A stretch of DNA of 57,380 nt from the IMG/VR virus record IMGVR_UViG_3300032330_001137, positions 1 through 57,380 of that record, one strand, 5' to 3'. Within the stretch, counting starts at the first letter, position 1. Every line of letters starts with the position of its first letter. This DNA comes from a virus (taxonomy: Duplodnaviria; Caudoviricetes). A program made the position numbers and the translations under genes. This document shows, one piece after another, positions 44,550-53,096 of the stretch. The notes below the pieces were generated by a model. The model ran no database searches and had not been told where the DNA came from. It was given only the letters and a program-made list of their open reading frames with translations.

Positions 44550-46307
44550 ATGAATACCTTTGCTTTAGACTTTGAGTCTTACTACGACAAATCTTGCTCG
44601 ATCAAGACACTCGGCCCGCGTGGCTACTTTTCTCATCCCGACTTCGACGCCTATCTCATGTCCATTGTTGGCGATGAGGGCACTCGATTCTGCGGGCATC
44701 CGTCAGAGTTTGATTGGAATCTTCTGAAAGATCAGCGCATTCTATCCCACAATGCTTCCTTCGACCAGCATCTCTACATCTTCGGTTGTCTGAAAGGCTG
44801 GTTTCCTTCGGTAGAAGTTGCCGAATGGCATTGCACTGCCGACATGGTCGTATATCTCGGACTCGCCAGAAGCTTAAAAGACTCTTCCGCTGCGGCATTA
44901 GGTCACAAAGTGGATAAATCAACCCGCGATAATATGAGTGGGAAGAAGTGGTCGGCGATGCCGGAAGACTTCCAGAAAGAAGTCATCGAGTATGCGATCA
45001 AAGACTCTGAACTCTGCCTTGAACTTTGGCAGAAGCTTTCCGATAAATGGCCCGAACGCGAACGTGTCATCAGCAGCGTAAACCGCAAAGTTGGTTTTCG
45101 CGGAATCCCGATTGATTCCGCTTACCTAAAGGAGAGTATCGAAAAGACAAACGTAAACCTTTTCAATATCGAAGAATCGATTCCGTGGTCTGGAGAACGA
45201 TCCATCCTTTCCCGTATCGCCTTCAACGATGCATGCCGCAAAGAAGGTTTGGAACCGCCAGCGAGTCTCGCGCTCGACGACGAAGAAGCGAACGAGTTCC
45301 TCGACACCAACAGCCATCTTCCGTGGGTCAATGGAGTTCGCAACTTCCGCCGCATCAACGGGCTGAAGCGCAAGCTTGAATCGTTCGACTCAGCGACGAT
45401 GGGCGACGGTCGCTTCTACGGCAATCTTATGTATTTCGGAGGACACACTGGACGCTTCAGCGGAAGTGGCGGAAATCTAAACCTACAAAATCTTCCGCGA
45501 GAAGAGATGTTCGGCGTGTATCTCCGCAATCTGATCGCTCCAAAGGAAGGCAGAGTCCTGATCGCAGTCGACTTGTCGCAGATCGAAGTCCGCACATTGT
45601 GCTGGCTTTCGAAGGATACCGACACGATGGCAGAGATCGCAGCTTCGGACGATATCTACGAAGCCTTCGCCATCCGCTTCGGCTTGTGGGAGAAATCCAA
45701 AGGCAGCATGAAGGCGAATGATTCTTCCCTTCGCGGTAAAGTGAAGGCAATGGTTTTGGGCTGCGGCTACGGCTGCGGTCCAGATAAGTTCGCCAAAGTC
45801 TCGGGCATGGAGCTTCGGGATGCGACGAAGGCTGTCGCTCTTTACAGAGAGAAGATGCGAAAGGTAACGGCTCTCTGGAAGCGGCTTAATGAGGACATTC
45901 AACTTTCGATTAACGCACAGGAGGAATTTACCATTGACCTGCCGTCCAACCGCTCGTTACGCTACGGCCATATTCGAACAGCGATGCAGAAGGGTAAGAG
46001 GCAGTTCGTTGCAATGATGAACAAATACAGCAAAAAAACTCCTGTCAAAATTTACGGCGGGCTGCTTTCTGAAAACGCCTCACAAGCTCTAGCCCGTGAC
46101 ATCTTCTGCGACATGCTTTGCAAGATCGACGCCAACGGGCATGAGATCATCTTCCACGTTCACGACGAAGTTGTGGTCGAGTGCGATGCAGACAAAGCCG
46201 AAGAAAGTTTGCGAGATATTGTCTCGCTAATGTCCTCACCGCCTGATTGGATTCCCGATATCCCACTTTCCGCCGAAGGAAAAATTCTCACCAAATACGA
46301 AAAATGA
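44550..46307 (+). CDS. polA: Family A DNA polymerase with 3'-5' exonuclease
   Basis: ExoI DFE, ExoII HNASFD, TGRFSG, NLQNLPR, motif A DLSQIEVR, motif B R...KAMVLGCGYG, motif C VHDE. Confidence 0.92.
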   Translation: MNTFALDFESYYDKSCSIKTLGPRGYFSHPDFDAYLMSIVGDEGTRFCGHPSEFDWNLLKDQRILSHNASFDQHLYIFGCLKGWFPSVEVAEWHCTADMVVYLGLARSLKDSSAAALGHKVDKSTRDNMSGKKWSAMPEDFQKEVIEYAIKDSELCLELWQKLSDKWPERERVISSVNRKVGFRGIPIDSAYLKESIEKTNVNLFNIEESIPWSGERSILSRIAFNDACRKEGLEPPASLALDDEEANEFLDTNSHLPWVNGVRNFRRINGLKRKLESFDSATMGDGRFYGNLMYFGGHTGRFSGSGGNLNLQNLPREEMFGVYLRNLIAPKEGRVLIAVDLSQIEVRTLCWLSKDTDTMAEIAASDDIYEAFAIRFGLWEKSKGSMKANDSSLRGKVKAMVLGCGYGCGPDKFAKVSGMELRDATKAVALYREKMRKVTALWKRLNEDIQLSINAQEEFTIDLPSNRSLRYGHIRTAMQKGKRQFVAMMNKYSKKTPVKIYGGLLSENASQALARDIFCDMLCKIDANGHEIIFHVHDEVVVECDADKAEESLRDIVSLMSSPPDWIPDIPLSAEGKILTKYEK

Positions 46308-48490
46308 CATACCGATACCTGAAAAATCTGCGGACATTGACCGCCATTAAGTGCCAAGACGTCAGCAAAATCAAAAGGACAAAGCCCGTCCACAAGAACA
46401 AAGCGGAATACAGAGAGTGGTGTTCCGAAGGCAATACAGATCACGTCTTCTACAGCGCGTCTGAAGGAGACGCACCAGCGAAGCGGATCTCCAACGACAA
46501 CCCGCCAGCTGCCATCTACGGAGTCGTTGCCGATTACGATGCGCCAGTCGATTGGGACACTGTCGACGATATGATCGCGCTCAAGTGTAAGGACAATCCG
46601 CCGACGTGGCGGAGCAGGACACATTCTGGCTACATCCGTCTGGTGTGGGAGTTCGAAGATCGGCTCCCGATTACGATGGACATGTATGAAGTGTTTATGA
46701 AGCACCTTAACAGCATCCTTCGGATCGATAGGGTGTTTGCGGGATTCGACAACACTTCACTTAAGCCCAATCAATACTTCGAATTGGGTGAGGATTGGAC
46801 GAAAGTCGGCGTGCCCATCCCATCATCTGTCTACCATACGGCACTGATGAAGGCGGCTAAAGAACGCCCACCACAGTCTGACGAGACATTGATCCCAATC
46901 GAAACGGTTGCAGCCGAAGTCCAGAAACAGTTCGCCAACCGATGGGTCGGCAACTTCGAAATCGGCTCACGCGGTCCTTTGTTTTGGATCGATGATGGTG
47001 TTGATCGGGAAGGATGTCAGATTGTCGAAGACGGTGTTCTTTGCTTCAGCGACCGTGCGGGCAAAGGATTCCTTACATGGCGCGAAGTCTTAGGCCCGAA
47101 GTTCGTTCAGGCTTTCGAGCAGAAGAAGATGGGGAATCTGCTGGACCAATACTGGTTCAATGGGAAAAGCTTCTTCAAGCTACTGCACAACGCAGCTGTT
47201 GCGATCCAGCGCGACCAGTTGATCTTGGAGCTTCGGCAATCGGGATTCAATCCGAAAACGAAGAAGGGCCAGCCGCTGTCAGAAGTCGAAAGCGCGATTC
47301 TGGTCATCAGCAACCAGAACCGAATCGATGAGATTGCTCCTGTTGTATTCTCGAAAGATCGAATCGTGACGTATAATAGCCACCGCATCCTGAACAACGC
47401 GAATATCCATCCGGTGGAACCAGCGGATAACGGAGATCCAGCAAACTGGCCGTTCATCCATACGTGGATCAATCAGCTGTTCGTCAACACGGCAAGCAGG
47501 CCGACCGTCGAGTATCTTTTCTCATGGCTCAAGCGATTCTACTCAGCCGTGCTTTACAAAGAATTCATGCAGGGCCAAGCAATGCTGCTTGTCGGCCCAA
47601 CCAATAAGGGAAAATCTCTACTTTCGAATAGGGTTATTTCTTCACTGGTTGGCGGGTATGCCGATGCTTCGGACTACCTCAGCGGCCAGACGAAGTTCAA
47701 CAAGGATCTGGCACGCGTAGCTGCGTGGGTGATCGACGACACAACGTCAGCTGCATCCTTTCAGGACCAGCGCAAAGCGACCGAACTCATCAAGCGTGCC
47801 GTAGCCAACCCGCGTGTCGAGTATCACGCGAAATACGTAGACGCTATTTCGGTTCCGTGGACAGGACGTGTGATCTTCTCGCTCAACATGGACGCGAACA
47901 GTCTCTCCGTCATCCCTTCGCTGGACAGCTCCAATCGGGATAAGCTCATGGCATTGCGGATCAGCGATTCAGCGTCGAGCAAGTTCCCAGCCAACGGATC
48001 GCTTGAGACTACCATCAAGAACGAGCTTCCCTACTTTGCGAAGTTCTTGCTGGACTGGCAAATCCCGAAAGACATCGAAGGCATGGGTCGCTTCGGAGTT
48101 AAGAGCTACATCGATGAGTCCATCGCGTCGGCGGCGTATGACAACTCAAGCCGTTCGTCTGTGGCGGAACTCGTTGAGTTCTTCGTCAAGCGTCTCCGTG
48201 AATACAATAGCACAACGGATCGCTGGGCGGGGACGCTAACAGAGTTTCAAGTGTCTCTGCACGACTTGAACAACGGACGCCCCGTCGGCATGTCGGGCAA
48301 TCTTGAATTCGTCCGCCGTGGAATGGGGACGATGGAGGAGGCTTGCAACAACAACCCCAACGTCAGACCGATTCGTTCTTACGGACAGGGAGGCGGGAAG
48401 ATCTGGGAGATCAGTTTGGACAAGAAATTCGACATCAGTCGTGGCTCGTCAGATATTCTTCTAGAAGATCCATCTTCTTCAGTTTGTTGA
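46304..48490 (+). CDS. Primase-helicase (AEP/PrimPol-like plus SF3/DUF5906-like ATPase)
   Basis: VADYD and SRTHSG..RL in the N-terminus; GPTNKGKS, IDD in the C-terminus; ATGA overlap with polA. Confidence 0.8.
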   Translation: MTYRYLKNLRTLTAIKCQDVSKIKRTKPVHKNKAEYREWCSEGNTDHVFYSASEGDAPAKRISNDNPPAAIYGVVADYDAPVDWDTVDDMIALKCKDNPPTWRSRTHSGYIRLVWEFEDRLPITMDMYEVFMKHLNSILRIDRVFAGFDNTSLKPNQYFELGEDWTKVGVPIPSSVYHTALMKAAKERPPQSDETLIPIETVAAEVQKQFANRWVGNFEIGSRGPLFWIDDGVDREGCQIVEDGVLCFSDRAGKGFLTWREVLGPKFVQAFEQKKMGNLLDQYWFNGKSFFKLLHNAAVAIQRDQLILELRQSGFNPKTKKGQPLSEVESAILVISNQNRIDEIAPVVFSKDRIVTYNSHRILNNANIHPVEPADNGDPANWPFIHTWINQLFVNTASRPTVEYLFSWLKRFYSAVLYKEFMQGQAMLLVGPTNKGKSLLSNRVISSLVGGYADASDYLSGQTKFNKDLARVAAWVIDDTTSAASFQDQRKATELIKRAVANPRVEYHAKYVDAISVPWTGRVIFSLNMDANSLSVIPSLDSSNRDKLMALRISDSASSKFPANGSLETTIKNELPYFAKFLLDWQIPKDIEGMGRFGVKSYIDESIASAAYDNSSRSSVAELVEFFVKRLREYNSTTDRWAGTLTEFQVSLHDLNNGRPVGMSGNLEFVRRGMGTMEEACNNNPNVRPIRSYGQGGGKIWEISLDKKFDISRGSSDILLEDPSSSVC

Positions 48491-48998
48491 TCGGGATGTG
48501 GTAGCCATCAACGCGGTAGGTGAATCCGGTTCCATCCGATCCACCTGCCGCAATGTAATTTGATCTCCGCTTAAAGGAATCAGTTTTTATCCATCCGACA
48601 AGCCATAGACGAGTCATAGTCTCATGTGCGCGAACGAACACAAAAATGTCGTTCTCAAACATATGAGACTTCTTTTTTTCTACCGATGCGATGTAGTCTC
48701 CTTTCGGGATGCTGTTTGATCGCTTCGTCTTTACTTCGATCTTGATCCCGTTATCCGTTTCGAAATCGTAGCCGAATTTAGTATCTCCGCAATGTTTCAC
48801 TAATCCATTGAGATACGCTCCTACAGCGACCTCTCCCAACATGCCGTGCATCCTGCCAGCTCCTTTGGTGTAAGAATTGTGTAAGATGCCCATCCTGTCG
48901 GACCGCTCCGCAGCTAGTCGGAAGTCTTCGCCCGATGGTCTGAACTCAATAAATTGATCGTTGAATACGGATCTAAATTGAGAGGGAGCATCAGGCAT
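48435..48998 (-). CDS. PD-(D/E)xK nuclease-like protein
   Basis: G.LGE...YDF......IEVKTK. Confidence 0.65.
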   Translation of the reverse strand: MPDAPSQFRSVFNDQFIEFRPSGEDFRLAAERSDRMGILHNSYTKGAGRMHGMLGEVAVGAYLNGLVKHCGDTKFGYDFETDNGIKIEVKTKRSNSIPKGDYIASVEKKKSHMFENDIFVFVRAHETMTRLWLVGWIKTDSFKRRSNYIAAGGSDGTGFTYRVDGYHIPINKLKKMDLLEEYLTSHD

Positions 48999-49296
48999 TG
49001 TCTTTGGAGATTCTTTTTACGAAGGCATCCCATGCAGGAAAGAAGATTTCTTCCATGCAGCGGACAATAGGCTCCTGTTCATAGCGTTCTGAGAAACCAA
49101 TTCCTGAAAGAAGTAACGATGCCTCCATCAATTCGTGACGGATCGTAAGTAACTTTTCTGGATCGGAAATGCTTTTATTGATTTCGATAATTTTAAGGTC
49201 GTGTTTGTATTGACCAAACGTGTCATCGAGATCGACAAAATCAAGCTTAACCCTACGGCCAGCGACAAGAATAGTTTTCGGCCATTTGGTTTTCAT
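48991..49296 (-). CDS. Small zincin-like hypothetical protein
   Basis: FGQY....IEIN...TIRHELMEA (HExxE variant). Confidence 0.6.
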   Translation of the reverse strand: MKTKWPKTILVAGRRVKLDFVDLDDTFGQYKHDLKIIEINKSISDPEKLLTIRHELMEASLLLSGIGFSERYEQEPIVRCMEEIFFPAWDAFVKRISKDNA

Positions 49297-49307
49297 GGAT
49301 TTAGAGA

Positions 49308-49445
49308 CTATTTTTTCGTCTTCTCGACTTTGACTTTACCTTCGTGCAGCTCGCCTTTGAGTTTATTCTGTTGTTTTTTCGACAGCGGGCTGACTTTCGA
49401 GAGCAGATATCCGACTTGCTTTTGCGACTTCGTAATAGTTTTCAT
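49308..49445 (-). CDS. Small basic protein (45 aa)
   Basis: MKTITKSQKQVGYLLSKVSPLSKKQQNKLKGELHEGKVKVEKTKK fills the gap. Confidence 0.55.
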   Translation of the reverse strand: MKTITKSQKQVGYLLSKVSPLSKKQQNKLKGELHEGKVKVEKTKK

Positions 49446-49448
49446 AGA

Positions 49449-50021
49449 TCAATTCGTTTGTGCTGCAACCCATTTCAGGATTCCTTCAGTGTATGCTTTG
49501 GCGAGTTCTTCTTTTCTATTGGAGAAATAAAGGTTCTCAGTGGGATTGCTTCCGAAAAATGGCTCGCAGATAACTGCTGGGCAGTGGGTCTTGCGGAGGA
49601 ATAATCCACCACGGTCTTCGGCATTGATCGATTTGAGTCCTCTATCCTTCTGGTTTGGAAAGAATTTAACCAGACTTTCTGAGAGGTTAGCGGCCAAGGA
49701 TGCACCTTTAGGGCTAGAGAACCAGTGCAGAAATTCGTGCCCATTAGCGTAAGGGCCAGCGGAATTGAAATGCAGCTCTACGGCCACGTCCGCTTTGAGT
49801 TCTTTGATATGCTTAGTGAGCCACATCATTGCCGGAGCGTAGCCCGATCCTTCATACTTATCGATCAGGACAGAATCGTGACCCGCTTCGTGTAGAAGTT
49901 CACAAACGCGTTTGGCGATTGGCTGGTTGAAATTCCACTCCGAAATACCTTCGACATTCACGGCTCCGTCATCGCCGGAACGACTGTGTCCGACACAAAT
50001 TGCTATAAGTTTCTTAGTCAT
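49449..50021 (-). CDS. Endolysin, N-acetylmuramoyl-L-alanine amidase (Amidase_3)
   Basis: VGH, E..FN, ELHFNS, GHE, FLRKT..PAVICEPFF. Confidence 0.9.
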   Translation of the reverse strand: MTKKLIAICVGHSRSGDDGAVNVEGISEWNFNQPIAKRVCELLHEAGHDSVLIDKYEGSGYAPAMMWLTKHIKELKADVAVELHFNSAGPYANGHEFLHWFSSPKGASLAANLSESLVKFFPNQKDRGLKSINAEDRGGLFLRKTHCPAVICEPFFGSNPTENLYFSNRKEELAKAYTEGILKWVAAQTN

Positions 50022-50251
50022 TTATTGTAATTCTTGTTACCGATAATTATGGCGCGTTCGTAACTGTATTGGCTATGAAACGTCTGGCCTCTGCCCTCTA
50101 GCTGGCCCTCAACAAAGTAGTATTTGACAGAAGGTTTCAGCGTAATGTGGTCAGGGTCGAGAAGTGCGCTTTCGTTGGAGGCGTTGCGAGAGCCGCTCGA
50201 TACGCAGCTTACTAGCCCCATCACCAACAGCAGCGAGACGATCCAGTTCAT
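50018..50251 (-). CDS. Lipoprotein, o-spanin-like
   Basis: MNWIVSLLLVMGLVSC lipobox; overlaps 50151..50354 in another frame. Confidence 0.6.
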   Translation of the reverse strand: MNWIVSLLLVMGLVSCVSSGSRNASNESALLDPDHITLKPSVKYYFVEGQLEGRGQTFHSQYSYERAIIIGNKNYNK

Positions 50252-50354
50252 CTTCGATCTGATCCAGCTCTGTTTCTCGCTGCCTGAGTATCCATTCTGC
50301 ATACGCATTGCACGCGGCAGTAATAGCTGTGAGTAGTGCAGAGATCGCATTCAC
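50151..50354 (-). CDS. i-spanin-like protein
   Basis: Hydrophobic N-terminus plus coiled coil; overlaps the lipoprotein gene. Confidence 0.5.
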   Translation of the reverse strand: MNAISALLTAITAACNAYAEWILRQRETELDQIEDELDRLAAVGDGASKLRIERLSQRLQRKRTSRP

Positions 50355-50510
50355 TTACTTGGTTGCGTCAGCAGCCTTGATCAGACCGATGCCAACGGTA
50401 ACACCAGTAATAAGCACGCCGATATCGAAGGAGCCGCTTTTCAGAAAAGCGATGGCGGCGAACGAAACAGCAGAAACGATGGTGAGGATTCCAATGATAG
50501 TGGTTTTCAT
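50355..50510 (-). CDS. Holin-like 2-TM protein
   Basis: MKTTIIGILTIV...GIGLIKAAD; in the lysis cassette. Confidence 0.65.
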   Translation of the reverse strand: MKTTIIGILTIVSAVSFAAIAFLKSGSFDIGVLITGVTVGIGLIKAADATK

Positions 50511-50523
50511 AGCAGTAGTTTGT

Positions 50524-50730
50524 TTATGGCTTGTTGGATTTGCGACTGAAGGCACGATACAGTGAAATAAGTCCGATTGCAAGTCCAATGCAGGAGCCTG
50601 TAAAGCGAACGGACCAGTCGAGCTGTTCCTGAAAAGTTGAGACAACTGCGAATGTCGATCCGCATATGCCGATCAGTCCGTTGAGGAGGATTTGAGGAGT
50701 ATTCATCGGTGAAAACTGATCGGTAATCAT
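50524..50730 (-). CDS. Small membrane protein (holin/antiholin-like)
   Basis: Two hydrophobic segments and a basic C-terminus. Confidence 0.55.
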   Translation of the reverse strand: MITDQFSPMNTPQILLNGLIGICGSTFAVVSTFQEQLDWSVRFTGSCIGLAIGLISLYRAFSRKSNKP

Positions 50731-50734
50731 AAGC

Positions 50735-51688
50735 TCAATACATGTTGAAAGGACTCCCGTTTCCTGAATAGGGGTCCACGCGCATTGTCTGCCGTGCTCC
50801 GCCGCGATAAGCGTCCTTTTCGTCCTCCAGAAGCTGCTTGCATACTTGCCAGTGGTAGTTGGCCCGCTCGATATCAGCGTTGTCCTCAGCCGTTGTGGCG
50901 AGAATGCCGCTCTTAATGGCGTTCACGTTGCCCAAATAGACGATGTCAGACTCGTCCATGATCGGAACGAATGCCCGCTTAAGCAAAAGGAAAATTTCTT
51001 GAGTAGCGTTTGATGGAGTGCGCGTCCGGTAACGCCTGTAGCGGAAGATCTGGTCGCCTCTTCCTTCGGCCAGCACCAGCTTATCATCGACCGTCTTCCC
51101 GCTTTCGACCGCATAGATTTCGATATTGGTCGGTATACCATCGAACCGGATCTCCGAAACCGCGTTGATTTGATTCCCGTTTCCAAACGCTTTCAGAGAC
51201 AGACTCCCGTTCGTATTGGTAAGAGAGAAGTCTTCCTTCAAGGAGGTAATAGTCCCGTTGAGGAGCGTGTATTTTATCTGGATAATCCCATCGGAAGGAA
51301 GGTTTCCTGTGACCGCTTTCACCGAAAGGGTGTATCCTTTGGTCGAATCGAGAGCCTCTTTCGTGCTGTGAATCCCGTCATCCACAACGCCAAACATCCC
51401 GTATGCGCTATACGTGTCGGGGATTCCGCCGATGGAGTAGTCGTGCCACTGAGACCAAAGGTTCTGTGGCGATTTGTCCACGTTCGCGGCCATGATGGAT
51501 TCAGCATCTTGTGGCAACGCGAAGTAGCCATTGCTGGTCGTGATGCGGAAGTCGTAGGCCAGATCGCGCCAGTAACCCATCGCGTAGAGTCGCGGAAGCA
51601 CCAGATTCAGCACGGGAATAAACCGCTGATCAGGAGAACAGTAGCTGGAAAGTTGGTCCGAAAGGGACTTTACCGTCATTGCAGGCAT
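50735..51688 (-). CDS. Putative head-tail adaptor/tail tubular protein
   Basis: 317 aa; helical termini around a beta-rich core; position in the tail module. Confidence 0.5.
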   Translation of the reverse strand: MPAMTVKSLSDQLSSYCSPDQRFIPVLNLVLPRLYAMGYWRDLAYDFRITTSNGYFALPQDAESIMAANVDKSPQNLWSQWHDYSIGGIPDTYSAYGMFGVVDDGIHSTKEALDSTKGYTLSVKAVTGNLPSDGIIQIKYTLLNGTITSLKEDFSLTNTNGSLSLKAFGNGNQINAVSEIRFDGIPTNIEIYAVESGKTVDDKLVLAEGRGDQIFRYRRYRTRTPSNATQEIFLLLKRAFVPIMDESDIVYLGNVNAIKSGILATTAEDNADIERANYHWQVCKQLLEDEKDAYRGGARQTMRVDPYSGNGSPFNMY

Positions 51689-51694
51689 GGGCGG

Positions 51695-51723
51695 ATACTA
51701 CAGGTTCAGGGTTCAGGAGTCAA
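51695..51723 (-). promoter_or_regulatory. Leaderless sigma70-type promoter
   Basis: TTGACT-17-TAGTAT, 6 nt to ATG 51688. Confidence 0.7.
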
Positions 51724-52517
51724 GCGAAGGTGTCGGTTATCGTGTATTCAGTGATACCGCCAGCTCCGGCGAATGCAAACGTACGAGCAAATAGCGTCAC
51801 CTTTATTTTTCTATAGCTGACTTCTAAACCGAATTCAATTATATAAGTTTCGCCAGTATAGTATCTAAAAGGAACTGCAACATAAAAGTCTCCTTTAAAA
51901 AGGAACATACGCAAACAGCCATAGCTTCTAGCTAGAAAAGCCTCGCCAGTAGACGCAGCTCGTTGATATTCAGGCAAAGGCTCACTTGTCGTCGCAGCCA
52001 ACGAACTCAAGAAAGGCTGTGAAGAATCGTAGAGATCAATGGAGCCGCCCATTGAAAAGTCCTTACTCCCTCCGTGTTTAATTCTAGGATCACCTAACGG
52101 TATCTCTTGGTCGTATGGGTGGATATAGTCGATGTTGCCACGTAGAACTGGAAAGGACGATTTCTCAGCAGCTGGATCTACCGGACCAACTGAATCTACT
52201 GAAGATACTTCCGTACTTGTATCAAAAAATACAGGAACGTCAAATGCCGCACTGCCATCGGATGGGAAATAGTAAGTATCAATTTTTGCAGTAATCTCAG
52301 AAGCGCGGCACATCCAATCAGCGAAGTCCTCAATTCCGTTTGGAAACTTCTTCACTCGCCATGAAATGCGTTCCTCATTAGGATATTGAAAACTTGTAGT
52401 AATTTCTTCAGAAAATAAATCCGATAGGTTATCAATGGCAATAGACGAGTATACTACAGGCGGAACCGCATCTGGATAGCTGACCGGACAAATGAGTTGA
52501 TACCTTTTTTCGGCCAT
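51720..52517 (-). CDS. Hypothetical tail-module protein
   Basis: 265-aa ORF, AT-richer than its neighbours. Confidence 0.65.
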   Translation of the reverse strand: MAEKRYQLICPVSYPDAVPPVVYSSIAIDNLSDLFSEEITTSFQYPNEERISWRVKKFPNGIEDFADWMCRASEITAKIDTYYFPSDGSAAFDVPVFFDTSTEVSSVDSVGPVDPAAEKSSFPVLRGNIDYIHPYDQEIPLGDPRIKHGGSKDFSMGGSIDLYDSSQPFLSSLAATTSEPLPEYQRAASTGEAFLARSYGCLRMFLFKGDFYVAVPFRYYTGETYIIEFGLEVSYRKIKVTLFARTFAFAGAGGITEYTITDTFA

Positions 52518-52529
52518 AGATTAAGTGCT

Positions 52530-53087
52530 TTAAGGTGGGAGAAGCGGAATGAAACTCGTAGAAGCACATAGGGTTATGGTTCCTACTTTTTTTGTGACAC
52601 TGTCGTAGGCATAGAACGAAATCGGAACTGCTGTAAGGTCTGGCATGGACGCCTTATCCGGTCTATACATCGGTGCTGGAGCGAATGGGATATCAAATGA
52701 TCTAGTTTGAACAATGCCGGAATTACGATCATCCTGCGCCGTTCGTGTTCCGCCTTTATTGAGGTCTGCAACAGTTGCTTTGATGAAATCTTTCAACTCA
52801 GACTTCGCTTTATCCTCTACCGCATTTTGTTGTCGGACCTCTTCTCGACGATCTTCGACGGCGTCCCTAAGTCTTCCAGTAGAAATACCAGTTGGCAATT
52901 TACCCAAGCCTAAACGAGAAGCCTCTTGTCTCAGGTTCTCCCGTTCGGTCTTGCTAGCTGATTTATCAGATTGCGACGTAGCGACTTGTCTATCTTGTAG
53001 GGTTTTATTTCTAGTGGCTGCGGCAGCAGCTTTCTCAGAAGCCTTTGCCACTTTCGCAATTTCTCGTTTGGTTGTTTCTTCGGACAT
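52530..53087 (-). CDS. Hypothetical tail-module protein
   Basis: 185-aa ORF in the operon. Confidence 0.65.
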   Translation of the reverse strand: MSEETTKREIAKVAKASEKAAAAATRNKTLQDRQVATSQSDKSASKTERENLRQEASRLGLGKLPTGISTGRLRDAVEDRREEVRQQNAVEDKAKSELKDFIKATVADLNKGGTRTAQDDRNSGIVQTRSFDIPFAPAPMYRPDKASMPDLTAVPISFYAYDSVTKKVGTITLCASTSFIPLLPP

Positions 53088-53096
53088 GGTGATGTA

